DNA from: an uncultured Gemmatimonadales bacterium
GTDB taxonomy: Bacteria > Gemmatimonadota > Gemmatimonadetes > Longimicrobiales > RSA9
Reading direction: 5' to 3'
DNA: 64,000 nt
Assembly (NCBI GenBank): GCA_963741945.1
Contig: CAVUKA010000006.1
Location: 160,001-224,000 of the forward strand
In this document: positions 28,585-38,313 of the stretch, piece after piece
Layout of the letters: each line of letters begins with the position of its first letter
Position numbering within the stretch: position 1 is the stretch's first letter
Made by a program: the position numbers and the translations under genes
The notes under the pieces: generated by a model
Seen by the model: the letters and a program-made list of their open reading frames with translations, nothing else
What the model was told of the DNA's origin: nothing
Database searches by the model: none

Positions 28585-29607
28585 TCAGAACGTGAACTCC
28601 ACCTGGAACAGCGCGCGGGAGCGGAACGCCTCGATCTCGGGGTCCAGGATGTCGCTCTGGTAGAGCCCGTGGTCCACGTCCGCCAGCAGGAGCACGTTCG
28701 GGGAAAGCTGGTACGACACGCCCCCGACCAGGACCGTGTGCCCGTCGTCCCGCGCGTCCGTGTTCGGGTCGACCACGTCCACGCGACCGATCACCTGGAA
28801 CGGTGAGCGGGGCAAGCGAAGGACGCCGAGCGCGCTCATCACCGTGCCGTTCACGATATCGGCATCGCCAGGGGCGTCGCGCGTGACCGCGTATTCCCCC
28901 GCCATCGTGAGCGCGCTGGATCGATACGAGAGCATGCCCGCGAACCGGTCCCGCGCACCGCCGCCGGTGTAGGCGCCCAGCTGGCCGTATCCCGTCAGGC
29001 GCAGACCGCCCACACGGCTGGCGTCATCCGTGCCCATCAGCCTGTACGACGCCCGGGCCTCGAAGTCCTTCCGGCGGTCACCGGGCGTGCCGTGGTACCC
29101 CTCCCCGTTCACCACCACCGCCTGCATGTTGAATTTCTCGCCGCCCCACGAACCGTCCACGCCGAATCCCAGGTCCGAAGAGGTGATGTAGCCGGCCCTC
29201 TCAATGGCCATCGGGCTCTGAAGGCGATAGCCCCAGAGCGCCTCGACCCAGTCCAGCCATGGCGTGTGGATCTGGCCGAACTTCAGCGTCACCGGACTCG
29301 ATTCCGGGGTCCAGGTGACGTACGCATACTTCAGCCGGAGATCCAGGGAACCGTTCGCCGCCCGATAGATGTCGGTGGTGACGCGCGTCCCGATGCCATG
29401 GTCGAACGATCCCCGGAGGTTCACGTACGCCCGCGTGATGTCGAAGTTGTTGCCGCGTCCGATCGTGTCGGAGATCTGGTAGGAGTACTGGGCGTACACG
29501 AGCCCGCCCACCTTCAGCGTCGGGCCCTGTGCTGTCGCGCCTCCGGCGGCCATGGCCATCCCGAGCGTGGCCAGCGCCACACCGGCGGTCCATCCATGCA
29601 GCCTCAT
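28585..29607 (-). CDS. Outer-membrane porin (phosphate-selective porin-like)
   Basis: Signal peptide, 'FDITRAYVN', 'LRLKYAY', alternating beta-strands and terminal Phe (QVEFTF). First gene of the pst unit. Confidence 0.75.
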   Translation of the reverse strand: MRLHGWTAGVALATLGMAMAAGGATAQGPTLKVGGLVYAQYSYQISDTIGRGNNFDITRAYVNLRGSFDHGIGTRVTTDIYRAANGSLDLRLKYAYVTWTPESSPVTLKFGQIHTPWLDWVEALWGYRLQSPMAIERAGYITSSDLGFGVDGSWGGEKFNMQAVVVNGEGYHGTPGDRRKDFEARASYRLMGTDDASRVGGLRLTGYGQLGAYTGGGARDRFAGMLSYRSSALTMAGEYAVTRDAPGDADIVNGTVMSALGVLRLPRSPFQVIGRVDVVDPNTDARDDGHTVLVGGVSYQLSPNVLLLADVDHGLYQSDILDPEIEAFRSRALFQVEFTF

Positions 29608-29661
29608 GCATCGTCCCCTGAGGAGGTGTGCTCACGTTTCCCGTGTAACGTGGCCTCCAGG

Positions 29662-29700
29662 GGTCAGCGAGCCGTCACGCCGGTGTAACGGTGATGTAAC
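29662..29700 (-). promoter_or_regulatory. PHO-box-like 11-bp-period direct repeats
   Basis: Minus strand reads GTTACA-N5-GTTACA-N5-GTGACG-N5-CTGACC upstream of porin-pstSCA. Confidence 0.6.
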
Positions 29701-30376
29701 CCGCGGCGAGGTCGGCCACAGAGACCCGCTCGATGTGGCCGCCCTCGTAGAAATCGAACATGCCGGGGTCATGGAACAGGGAAGGGTTCGCGGCGACCAC
29801 GTCAGCGCGGCCGACGGACAGGAGCGCCTGGACGGCCGGCCCGCGCACGCCGGCATCGGGGTAGCGTGCGGCGGCGACGAGGGCGGGCATGATCGAATCC
29901 GCCTCTGTCCGGGCCAGCGGACCGAGGCGGGCGATGGCCCGGAGCACCGATGGGCGGAAATGCCGCAGGTCCTCCTCGGCGAGCTCGACGAGGAAATGGA
30001 CGATGATCGGGATGTAGGCGCGGAGCTCTCCGGGCCTGCGCACCACGACTTCGGCCATGGCTTCCGGCGCGCGCCAGCAGATGCCGCCGGACTCTTCGGT
30101 CATGAGCCAGTTGAGGCGCCGGACGATCTCGCGGGCGGCGGCGGCGCCTCCCGTCTCGGCGGCGCGGTCAGCGGCGAGGCCGAGGGCGTCGATGGCGCGC
30201 CAGCTGATGATCGGATCGGCATCGTAGGTGAGCGCGATGAGGAGGCCGAGGACCCGGCGCCGCTCGGCTGCCCGGGCCGCTATCTCATCGAGGGCGCCCT
30301 CGGCGAGGAGGGCGCGCAGCGCGGGGCGGGAGAAGCGGGAGCTGGGCGGGCGCCCTGCGTCCTTCCTGTCAGTCAT
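29675..30376 (-). CDS. HEAT-repeat protein resembling the DVU0298 family
   Basis: 'RRLNWLMTEESGGICWRAPEAMAE' and C-terminal 'FYEGG..SVADLA'. Ala/Leu/Arg helical repeats. Confidence 0.65.
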   Translation of the reverse strand: MTDRKDAGRPPSSRFSRPALRALLAEGALDEIAARAAERRRVLGLLIALTYDADPIISWRAIDALGLAADRAAETGGAAAAREIVRRLNWLMTEESGGICWRAPEAMAEVVVRRPGELRAYIPIIVHFLVELAEEDLRHFRPSVLRAIARLGPLARTEADSIMPALVAAARYPDAGVRGPAVQALLSVGRADVVAANPSLFHDPGMFDFYEGGHIERVSVADLAAGYITVTPA

Positions 30377-32870
30377 GGCTGAGCGCGCGACGAATCGCGG
30401 CCTTCACATCCACGCGCACTTCCTTCTTCTCGGCCGCTTCGAGAGCGGCGCGCGCTTCGGGAGTGCCGAGGCGGGCCAGCGCCTGCACGGCGGCGGTGGC
30501 GAAGAGCGGGTCGTAGTCTTTCAGGCCGCGGCCGGCCACGGCGAGGGCGCGGGCCGTATCCCCGGTGGCGACCAGGCCGAAGAGGGCACTGCTGCGGAGC
30601 CCCCGGGACTCGGTGGCCGCAGTCAGGCGAACGAGTGCATCCACCGTCCGCGGATCGTGGAAGTCGGACATCACGCGGGCCGCCGCGCGCCGCATGGCCT
30701 CCGGGTGGCCGGGCTCACTGGCCTCGATGACCGTCGCAAGCGCTTCGTCGCCGGCGAGCGCCGCGTAGGTGGTGAGCGCCGCCGTGCGGACCTGTGTGGC
30801 CGGGTCGTGCTCGACCATGTCCAGCGCCGTACGGGCCAGTCCCTCGGGGTCCAGGCGCTGCATCACCCGGAGCGCTTCCGCGCGCACGTCGGCATCGGGG
30901 TCTCGCAGCGCAGACCTGATCACGGCGACGTCTTCCGGCGCCGCGGCGGTCGGCTGACCGTCGGGGGGCGCTCCAACGGCAGCGCTCCGCGCCCCGCGAC
31001 TGTTGCGGCCGTGCGGCTCCCCGCCCGCGATCTGCCGGATCGCCTCGACCCGGAGCTGGGGGACGTGCTCGTTCAGCACGATGAAGCGACGCGCGGCGGC
31101 GGCAGCGCTGTCACGGGAGGCGGCGAGGGCGTGGAGCGCCCAGTTCCGGGCGGCGGTGTCCAGGTCGTGCCGTGCCATGCGGGCGAGCTCGGCCGCGCTC
31201 TGGTCCGTGTGCACGCTTCCCATGAGCCATCCGCCCTCGTCGAAACGGAAGGACAGGGGCGCGGAGGGGAGCGGGATGCGGAAGGCCTCGCGCGCCTTCG
31301 ACACCATCACGTCGTGGCGCACCACGGAATCGGCAGTCACCACGCGGATGGTGGTCGGAAACCGGAACACGGGGCGGACGGAGTCCACCGGCTGCGTCTG
31401 CTGGACGGTGACGGTGAGGACACGCGCGTCCCGGTCCCACTGGCGGGTGACGTCCAGCCGCGGATAGCCCACGCCGTAGGCCCACTGATCGAAGAACCAG
31501 TCCAGGTCGCAGCCGCACGTCTTCTCGAAGGCAACGGCGAAGTCCGGGGTGGTCACGGGCTTGTGGGCGTTGTCCACGAGGAACCGGTGCATCCCTGCCC
31601 AGAAGACGGAGTCACCCAGGAGCCGTCTCAGCTGGTGGGCGACCTGCGCGCCTTTCGGGTAGATGTGGCCGCTGAAGAAGAGCACGATGGGGTCGCTCCC
31701 CGGGTACTCACCCCACACGAGCGGCCGCGCCTGCCGCTCGTCCGCCTGCATGGCCTGCTGCTGCTGGCCATACCACTCGAGCTGCCCCTCGCCCCACCCC
31801 CGCGTCTTCTCCGCGTAAACCGATTCCATGTACGTGGTCAGCCCCTCGTTCAACCACGCGTTCGCCCAGTTCGCCGTGGTCGTATAATCGCCGAACCACT
31901 GGTGGGCCAGCTCGTGCGCGACGAGCCCGCGGCTCCCGCTGGGCTCGGTCCCCGGGCCCTCGAGGGCATCATCCGTCTGCGTGGTGGCGGAAACGTTCTC
32001 CATTCCGCCGTACGTGAAGTCCGGGATGGCCGATTGGTCGTACTTGGCCCAGGGGAACGGCACACCCGTGAGGCGGGAGTACAGCTCGATCATGGAGGGC
32101 GTTTCGCCGAAGGCGCGCCAGGCGGCCTCCACGGTGTCCGGGTACACCCAGTAGTCCACGGGGACATCGCGCCAGTGGTCGCGGAGGACAGTGAAGGGGC
32201 CGACCACCACACTGTAGAGATAGGTCGACGCCGGCTCTTCCTGCATCCAGTGCCACACGTTCTGCGCGCCGCCGTTCACCGGCTCCACGCCTGCGAGCCG
32301 CCCGTTGGACAGCACTTTCATGGCCGAGTCCGCCGTGACCAGCATCTCCCACGTAGTCTTGTCGTTCGCGTTGTCGTACGTGGGCACCCACGCCCGTGTC
32401 TCGGTGGCCTCGCCCTGGGACCAGATCACGTGCCTGCGTGGCACGAAGTAGATCCCGCGGACCGGGTGCGTGTGGTATGCCAGCGTGAAAATCACCGTGT
32501 CGCCGGCCGACGCGCGTCGCGGCAGCCGGACCGTGACGTGGTTCGTGTCGGCGTCGAACCGGAGCTTCGCGCCGCCCATCGTCGCCCGATCGATCGTCAG
32601 CTGCTCGGCATTGAGCCTGATCGAGTCCGTGGCCGCCTTTGCCACCACCGTGGTGGTCACCTCCCCCGTCACCAGCCGCTTCGCCTCGTCGAAGGAGACG
32701 GCGAGCCTCTGGTGGACCAGGTCGTAATCGTGCTGCGCCTGGGGCCACGTCCGGGGAGGCGAGTAGCGCCCGACTGCGCCAGCGGCCTGCCCGGCCTGGG
32801 CCGAAGCGAGGGATGGAGCAAGGGGCGCGGCGAGGGCGGCGGCGAGGGCGAGGAGGGCAAGACGGTTCAT
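30369..32870 (-). CDS. M1 family aminopeptidase with C-terminal HEAT repeats
   Basis: Signal peptide, GGMEN, HELAHQWFGD..WLNEG and YPKGA. Confidence 0.93.
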   Translation of the reverse strand: MNRLALLALAAALAAPLAPSLASAQAGQAAGAVGRYSPPRTWPQAQHDYDLVHQRLAVSFDEAKRLVTGEVTTTVVAKAATDSIRLNAEQLTIDRATMGGAKLRFDADTNHVTVRLPRRASAGDTVIFTLAYHTHPVRGIYFVPRRHVIWSQGEATETRAWVPTYDNANDKTTWEMLVTADSAMKVLSNGRLAGVEPVNGGAQNVWHWMQEEPASTYLYSVVVGPFTVLRDHWRDVPVDYWVYPDTVEAAWRAFGETPSMIELYSRLTGVPFPWAKYDQSAIPDFTYGGMENVSATTQTDDALEGPGTEPSGSRGLVAHELAHQWFGDYTTTANWANAWLNEGLTTYMESVYAEKTRGWGEGQLEWYGQQQQAMQADERQARPLVWGEYPGSDPIVLFFSGHIYPKGAQVAHQLRRLLGDSVFWAGMHRFLVDNAHKPVTTPDFAVAFEKTCGCDLDWFFDQWAYGVGYPRLDVTRQWDRDARVLTVTVQQTQPVDSVRPVFRFPTTIRVVTADSVVRHDVMVSKAREAFRIPLPSAPLSFRFDEGGWLMGSVHTDQSAAELARMARHDLDTAARNWALHALAASRDSAAAAARRFIVLNEHVPQLRVEAIRQIAGGEPHGRNSRGARSAAVGAPPDGQPTAAAPEDVAVIRSALRDPDADVRAEALRVMQRLDPEGLARTALDMVEHDPATQVRTAALTTYAALAGDEALATVIEASEPGHPEAMRRAAARVMSDFHDPRTVDALVRLTAATESRGLRSSALFGLVATGDTARALAVAGRGLKDYDPLFATAAVQALARLGTPEARAALEAAEKKEVRVDVKAAIRRALSHD

Positions 32871-33006
32871 CCGGATCGGTTCCTTGTTCCAGGTCGTTGG
32901 CAGCGTGTCGATCGAGGCGGGTGAGCCCCGGCCGGACAGCGCGACCGGCAGGTGATGGCGTGCCCTTCCCTGCTCCCGACTTTCGTCAGCCCTGCGGCCG
33001 CGAATG

Positions 33007-33750
33007 TCAACGGAGCGCGCGGACACGAACTTCGATGTCCTTCTCCCCGGCGAGGCGCTGTACGAGCTCCTGCGGGTCCGTGTCACCATAATGGTACGGG
33101 TACAGGATGCCGGGCCGGAACGAGCGGGCGGCATCCGCCACCATGTCAGGCGTCATGGTGTACGGCAGGTTCATGGGGAGGAACGCGATGTCGACGTCCT
33201 CGAGCGCCTTCATCTCCGGCGTGTTCTCCGTGTCGCCGGCCACGTACACGCGGGTGTCGCCGAACGTGAGGATGTAGCCGTTGCCGTTCCCTTTCGGGTG
33301 GAACGGGTTCCCCGGAGAGCGCATGTGCTCCACGTTGTACGCGGGCACGGCCTCGATGCGGATGCGATCCACCTCGAGGACATCGCCATTCGCCATGACC
33401 TCCGAGCCTTCGATCCGCCCCTCCGCAGATCGGCTGACGATGATCCGCGTACCCGGTTTCCGGATCATGGCCACCGCGTTCGGGTCGAGGTGGTCCCCGT
33501 GCTCGTGGGTGACCAGGACCAGGTCCGCCTGCGGCATGGCCTGATAGTCCCCCTCGCGGGTGACGGGGTCGATGTGGATCACCTTCCCCGCGATCCGGAA
33601 CATGAGCGAGCCGTGGCCGACGAACGTCATGGTGAGGTCACCGGCCGACGTGGGAATGACATCTTCCCGGGGCATTTCCTGCGATCCGCTCTGCTGTGCC
33701 ATTGTGCCCGCCGTGATCAGTGCCGTGATGATCAGATCATGAGGTAGCAT
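33007..33750 (-). CDS. MBL-fold metallo-hydrolase
   Basis: GHGS, IDP, THEHGDHLD, YVAGDT, LPMNLPYTM and PYHY. Confidence 0.9.
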   Translation of the reverse strand: MLPHDLIITALITAGTMAQQSGSQEMPREDVIPTSAGDLTMTFVGHGSLMFRIAGKVIHIDPVTREGDYQAMPQADLVLVTHEHGDHLDPNAVAMIRKPGTRIIVSRSAEGRIEGSEVMANGDVLEVDRIRIEAVPAYNVEHMRSPGNPFHPKGNGNGYILTFGDTRVYVAGDTENTPEMKALEDVDIAFLPMNLPYTMTPDMVADAARSFRPGILYPYHYGDTDPQELVQRLAGEKDIEVRVRALR

Positions 33751-33885
33751 GGGTCGCCTCCATTGAGATTCGGGCCATCGCGAAGGGCCTCTTCCGGAGC
33801 CGTCAGATCGAGATGGCTGTCGCTGTCGAGGACGTAGGGCATGCGTGGAGTCACATACCCCGGGGCCCGTTCACGGGGTTCCTGG

Positions 33886-34716
33886 CTAATCGGCCTCGGC
33901 CGCGGCCGTGCCGGCCTCCATCACTTCGGAGGCGTGCTCAGCGGCCTCACGCGCGGCCGCCGCGGCCGCGCGGTCCCGGCGGCGCTCCACGAATCGGACC
34001 AGCCATATGCTGAGCTCGAACAGGAGCAGGAGCGGGATGGCCATGAGGCTCTGGGTGAACACGTCCGGCGGCGTGAGGAGCGCCGCGATGACGAAGATCC
34101 CGACAATGGCGAACGGGCGGCTGCGCCGCAGCATGGCGGACCGGACGATCCCGAGGCTCCCGAGGATGAGCATCACCACGGGCGTCTCGAACACGACGCC
34201 GAAGCCGAGCATGAGCTTCAGTACGAGGGCCAGGTACGGCCCGATGGTGATGTTCTGCTCCAGACTCTGTGTCTGGAAGCCCGTGAGGAACCCGAGGGCA
34301 ACGGGCAGAACGCCGAAATACGCGAGCGATACGCCGGCGAGGAACAGGAGGAGCCCGAAATAGAGCGCGGGGACGATGGCGCGCTTCTCCGCCGGTCGCA
34401 GCGCGGGAGCGACGAACGCCCAGATCTCGTAGACGATCACGGGAAACGCCAGGATGAGTCCGACGCCCAGCGCCAGTTTGAGGGTGATCCAGAACGGATC
34501 GACCGGGCTCAGGTACTTGAGCTTCGACCCGTTCAGGTACGGCTCTATGGGGCGGATCAGCAGCGGCAGGACGGAGAAGTGCGTGACGAGGAAGAAGCCG
34601 ATCAGCATCCCCACCACCAGCGCGATCAGGCTCCGCAGCAATCGCCAGCGCAGCTCCTCGAGATGATCGAGAAGCGGTACCTCCTCCAGATCGACTGTCC
34701 TGCCCCAGAGCTTCAT
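33886..34716 (-). CDS. tatC: Twin-arginine translocase subunit TatC
   Basis: PLLDHLEELRWRL, WAFVAPAL..EK, FETP and TPPD. Confidence 0.95.
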   Translation of the reverse strand: MKLWGRTVDLEEVPLLDHLEELRWRLLRSLIALVVGMLIGFFLVTHFSVLPLLIRPIEPYLNGSKLKYLSPVDPFWITLKLALGVGLILAFPVIVYEIWAFVAPALRPAEKRAIVPALYFGLLLFLAGVSLAYFGVLPVALGFLTGFQTQSLEQNITIGPYLALVLKLMLGFGVVFETPVVMLILGSLGIVRSAMLRRSRPFAIVGIFVIAALLTPPDVFTQSLMAIPLLLLFELSIWLVRFVERRRDRAAAAAAREAAEHASEVMEAGTAAAEAD

Positions 34717-34765
34717 GAATTCCCGACCTCACTGCGTCCGCCGCTCTCCTGCGGCACCCGACCTG

Positions 34766-35395
34766 CTACACCGCGCCTCCCGGTCGAGTGCCGGAAGATG
34801 ACGAATCGGGGCGTCCCGAGACAGTCCCACCGGCCTTTCCGGATTCAGACCCCTCGCGGTGCTCGCCTTGCCGGGGGTAACGAGCCTGCCAGCGCGCGTA
34901 CTCGGCGGGCGTCATCTTCTCGAGCTGCCGGAGGAATGCGACAATGCCCCAGAGGTCGTGGTCCGAGTGCGTGGGGCCGAACGCGGGCATGCCCGTGAAC
35001 TTGATCCCATGCTTCGTGATCCAGAACAGCTCGGCCTGGCTGAGATCTGATATGTCGTGCGAGAGATCCGGCGGCTCGGGGTCGACCCCCTTGCCCAGAT
35101 CATCCGGCTTCACACCCGGCGCACCGTGGCATTGCTGACACTCCTCCCGGTACTGCCGGAAGCCGTCGGCGGCGAGCGACGAATCGAATGGCGGTGGCGG
35201 CGGGGCACTGCCGGCGCGGGCCGAGATGGAGCGGTCGGCGGTGGTCGCCAGCACCCATCCACTCACAGGGCCGTGCCCGCTCGTGGCGGAGATGTCGTAC
35301 GCGCCGGAATACATGAACGCGAGCCCGGCGACAATGACGATGAGCGCGAGGGCGACCGCGGTTCCGACGACGATCTTCCAGAAGCGTCCGTTCAT
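34766..35395 (-). CDS. Membrane-anchored monoheme cytochrome c (paralog A)
   Basis: N-terminal TM, CQQCHGAPG and FWITKHGIKFTGMP. AGGAGG RBS. Confidence 0.88.
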   Translation of the reverse strand: MNGRFWKIVVGTAVALALIVIVAGLAFMYSGAYDISATSGHGPVSGWVLATTADRSISARAGSAPPPPPFDSSLAADGFRQYREECQQCHGAPGVKPDDLGKGVDPEPPDLSHDISDLSQAELFWITKHGIKFTGMPAFGPTHSDHDLWGIVAFLRQLEKMTPAEYARWQARYPRQGEHREGSESGKAGGTVSGRPDSSSSGTRPGGAV

Positions 35396-35588
35396 CCATC
35401 CTCCTGAGGTCACGCCCCGCCGCCGGCCGGTGCAGCCGGCGTGTGTGGGCAGGGAAATCAGTCGATGGCGCCGGCCGCAAACTTCCCGCCATGCGCACGC
35501 GAAGCCCCGGCAAGGCGGCAGATTCGCCGCATCGCCGGGGCTTCCCCGGGCCCGGGCGCCGGCTGCTCCGCAGCCGGCGGGGCCCTCC

Positions 35589-36152
35589 TCACACGGACGT
35601 CGTGAAGCTGAAGATCATCCCGTACGTGTCCCCGCCGGGTCCGCCCTGCCACCCTTCACCCATGTGGCTGCCCATCCCGCCGCCCATGCCACCGCCCATG
35701 CCACCGCCCAGCCCATCGCCCAGCATCTCGCCCGTGCACCATTCGCCGCCCATGCCCGCGCCGTACTCCCCCATGTCGACGGGATCGCCGTCGGCATCCA
35801 GCATGCCGCCGCCCACGTGGATCGTGTACTGCGTGGCCGGCTTCAGGGGCTGGTCGTGCGAAAAGACCAGCTGGAGCGAGTCGTCGGAGAACGCCCAGGT
35901 GCCCGCCACCTCCGGCCCCGTGACACCTCCCTCGTGAAGCGCAGCATACTCCGCCATGGCCGGGTTCATGGCGTGATCGAACGCGATCACCACCGGCTCG
36001 TTCGGGTCCACGTCCGTCGCACCGCCCTGCGGGATCACACTCAGCAGCGCCGTCTCCGGCGTCACCGGCGACGTCGCGTCCTCGCCGCACGCGACCCCTG
36101 CGGCCGCAGTGGCCCCCAGCAGCACCATCAGCCCCAGCTTTCTCATCATCAT
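35589..36152 (-). CDS. Lipoprotein with Ig-like domain and Met/Gly-rich insert
   Basis: Lipobox VAC, 'SVIPQGGATDV..VIAFDHAM..LKPATQYTIHV..FSFTT' and GGGMGGGMGGGMGSHMG. Confidence 0.8.
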   Translation of the reverse strand: MMMRKLGLMVLLGATAAAGVACGEDATSPVTPETALLSVIPQGGATDVDPNEPVVIAFDHAMNPAMAEYAALHEGGVTGPEVAGTWAFSDDSLQLVFSHDQPLKPATQYTIHVGGGMLDADGDPVDMGEYGAGMGGEWCTGEMLGDGLGGGMGGGMGGGMGSHMGEGWQGGPGGDTYGMIFSFTTSV

Positions 36153-36223
36153 TTCGCTCCCGGCTCTCCCATAAGGGTGCTCCCGCACCGTCATTTCATG
36201 AATGGAATTCTACCGGGCCATCC

Positions 36224-36262
36224 ATGAAGGCGCGCTGAGACGGGCGTTAAGCGCTCTTCATG
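36224..36262 (-). promoter_or_regulatory. Putative OmpR-family operator (site 1)
   Basis: Plus strand ATGAAG-N5-CTGAGA-N5-GTTAAG-N5-TTCATG. Minus-strand TAGAAT (-10-like) at 36207-36212. Confidence 0.55.
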
Positions 36263-36296
36263 ATGGGGATCGTGAGGGTCGGGCGCCGCTCGGGCT

Positions 36297-36914
36297 TCAG
36301 TGGGAGTGCCCGAGTGTGCCGGGGGCATGGTCGTGTCCGGCGGCTTCCGCCCCAGCGTCGCCCTGGTCGGCCTCCTCGGGGCCCTGTGGCGACGCGGCCT
36401 GTGCCGCCAGACGCGCGTACTCCTGCGGCGTCATGTCCTGGAGCCGGCGCAGGAACGCCACGATGGCCCAGATCTTCGCGTCCGGGTGGGTGGGCCCGAA
36501 GCCCGGCATCCCGGTGAACTTGATGCCGTGCTTCGTGACCCAGAACAGCTCTTCGTCGCTGAGATCCCGCGCTGCGTGGGCCAGATCGGGCGGCTCGGGG
36601 TTGAGCCCCTTCCCGAACTCGCCGCGCTCCACCCCGGGCGCGCCGTGGCAGACCACGCACATCTCGCGGTAGTGCTCGAAACCCTCGCCCACCATGGCGG
36701 AGTCAAACACGGGCTTCTCGCCCACGCTGCGCCCGCGGAGCCGCACGGATCGCTGCTGCGTGGTGTTCAGCACCCAGCGCACCGCTCCGCTGTGTGGCTG
36801 AGTCGCGGCCACGTTGTAGAGGCCGGAATAGATGAACACCATGGCGAGGATCGCCAGCGCGGCCATGATCAGGACTGCCGTCAAGGCGAAACGCCGCAGG
36901 GGCCCACCATCCAT
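36297..36914 (-). CDS. Membrane-anchored monoheme cytochrome c (paralog B) with His-rich tail
   Basis: N-terminal TM, CVVCHGAPG, FWVTKHGIKFTGMP and C-terminal GHDH..GHSH. Confidence 0.88.
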   Translation of the reverse strand: MDGGPLRRFALTAVLIMAALAILAMVFIYSGLYNVAATQPHSGAVRWVLNTTQQRSVRLRGRSVGEKPVFDSAMVGEGFEHYREMCVVCHGAPGVERGEFGKGLNPEPPDLAHAARDLSDEELFWVTKHGIKFTGMPGFGPTHPDAKIWAIVAFLRRLQDMTPQEYARLAAQAASPQGPEEADQGDAGAEAAGHDHAPGTLGHSH

Positions 36915-37078
36915 TCATTGCGTCCCGGTGTCAGTGCAGAGCTGGATGCCGACGACGATGGAGCCGGCGTCCACGGACGCGCCAGCCGTCCGCGCCAGTG
37001 AGAACTCCGACGCGGCGGCCCTCGAAGCGAGGCGCCGACGGGCACCAGGGACGCGAGCGCTCGCCGGCGGCTCCGGCC

Positions 37079-37711
37079 TCACTGATGGCTCAGCGAGTAC
37101 ACGTACGCGGCGACCTGGCACACCTGATCGGCCGAGATGCTGCTTCCTCCCTTGGGCGGCATCGGGGCGGGGTGCTGCTTCGGGCTCGGCACCCCCGTGG
37201 TCACCAGCTTCGCGATGGAGGCATAGGAGCCGTCAATGTCCAGCCAGCTGTCATCGGTCAGGTCCGGCGCCAGGGCGGTTCCCTTCGCGTCGGGGCCATG
37301 GCAGGAATGGCACAGGCCGGGACCGGAGAAGATGGCGCGACCCTGTTTGACCATCTCGTCATTGATGGCCAGACAGCCACCCTGCGCCGTTGCCGTGGCG
37401 GCCGCCGCCACCGGCGCGGCGCCCGTGTCCCCCTGCCCGCCCATCATGCCCTCGTGCATGGCGCCCATCTGCCCGCTCATCATGCCGCCAGACCGACCAC
37501 CCATCATCTGGCCCGGCTGCATGGCCCGGCCTCCCGCGGGTGGTGGCGAGTCCGGCATTGTCGCCGGTGTTCCCTGTCCGCCAACGCCCGGCTGCCCGCC
37601 CTCTTCCGCGGCCGGCGTCCCATCCTCGGCGGGCTGCCCGTTCTCCCGTCCGCCGCAGGCCGCCAGGCCCATGGCGATGATCACGAGACCCACCATTGCA
37701 TTCGGCTTCAC
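37079..37711 (-). CDS. Lipoprotein cytochrome c with Met-rich linker
   Basis: AGGAG followed by GTG. Lipobox LAAC, MMGGRSGGMMSGQMGAMHEGMMGG, CHSCHG and distal PMPPKGG. Confidence 0.85.
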   Translation of the reverse strand: MKPNAMVGLVIIAMGLAACGGRENGQPAEDGTPAAEEGGQPGVGGQGTPATMPDSPPPAGGRAMQPGQMMGGRSGGMMSGQMGAMHEGMMGGQGDTGAAPVAAAATATAQGGCLAINDEMVKQGRAIFSGPGLCHSCHGPDAKGTALAPDLTDDSWLDIDGSYASIAKLVTTGVPSPKQHPAPMPPKGGSSISADQVCQVAAYVYSLSHQ

Positions 37712-37868
37712 GGTTTCTCCTCTCGAACTCCAACGTCGCAACGATCATGATTACCGGCGTAATCCCGGCACGCAGCGCGGGCAAGATCCGTACTTGATCC
37801 CTGCTTGCAGGCTCGGGACGTCCGGGTCGGACATGCAGTGGGCGTGGGTTCCTGCTCCCCGCCCGACG

Positions 37869-38300
37869 CTAGTCGTTGCGGAGCCGACGGGCGGCCTCTC
37901 CAAGGAACTCCTTCACGGCCGCCATCTCGCTGTCCGCCGGCGGGACGACGCCCGCCTGGCCAATGTGCCAGCGCATCAGGTCCACCTTACCGCGCCAGAC
38001 CTTCGCGGGGTGCGCGGCCGGGTCCGGCAGCACGTGGCAGGACGCGCAGCGCATGGAGTAGGTGCGGAATCCGGGGAGGTCGTTCACCGCCTCCAGCTCC
38101 GGGGCGCTCGTGGGCGGGACGTGCTTCGACCGGATGCTGACGCCGGCCGCGGAATTGGCCCGGGCCCACGCCCGCAGCCGCAGCGTCTCCATGGATGCGG
38201 CGCGCTCGGCCGCCTGCCGCTCGGCCGCCATGCGCCGGGCATCGAAGAGCCCGACGCCGGCCAGTAGGGCGAGGAGCGCGATCGCCGTCCGGAGTCTCAT
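37869..38300 (-). CDS. Small exported monoheme cytochrome c
   Basis: Hydrophobic N-terminus, CASCHVLPDP and 'W..KV..M'. Confidence 0.7.
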   Translation of the reverse strand: MRLRTAIALLALLAGVGLFDARRMAAERQAAERAASMETLRLRAWARANSAAGVSIRSKHVPPTSAPELEAVNDLPGFRTYSMRCASCHVLPDPAAHPAKVWRGKVDLMRWHIGQAGVVPPADSEMAAVKEFLGEAARRLRND

Positions 38301-38313
38301 GCGCGCCTCGTCG

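Noticed and set aside
36915-37121. 68-aa ORF between cytochrome genes
   Set aside because: Overlaps the upstream gene, has no RBS and no recognisable motif.
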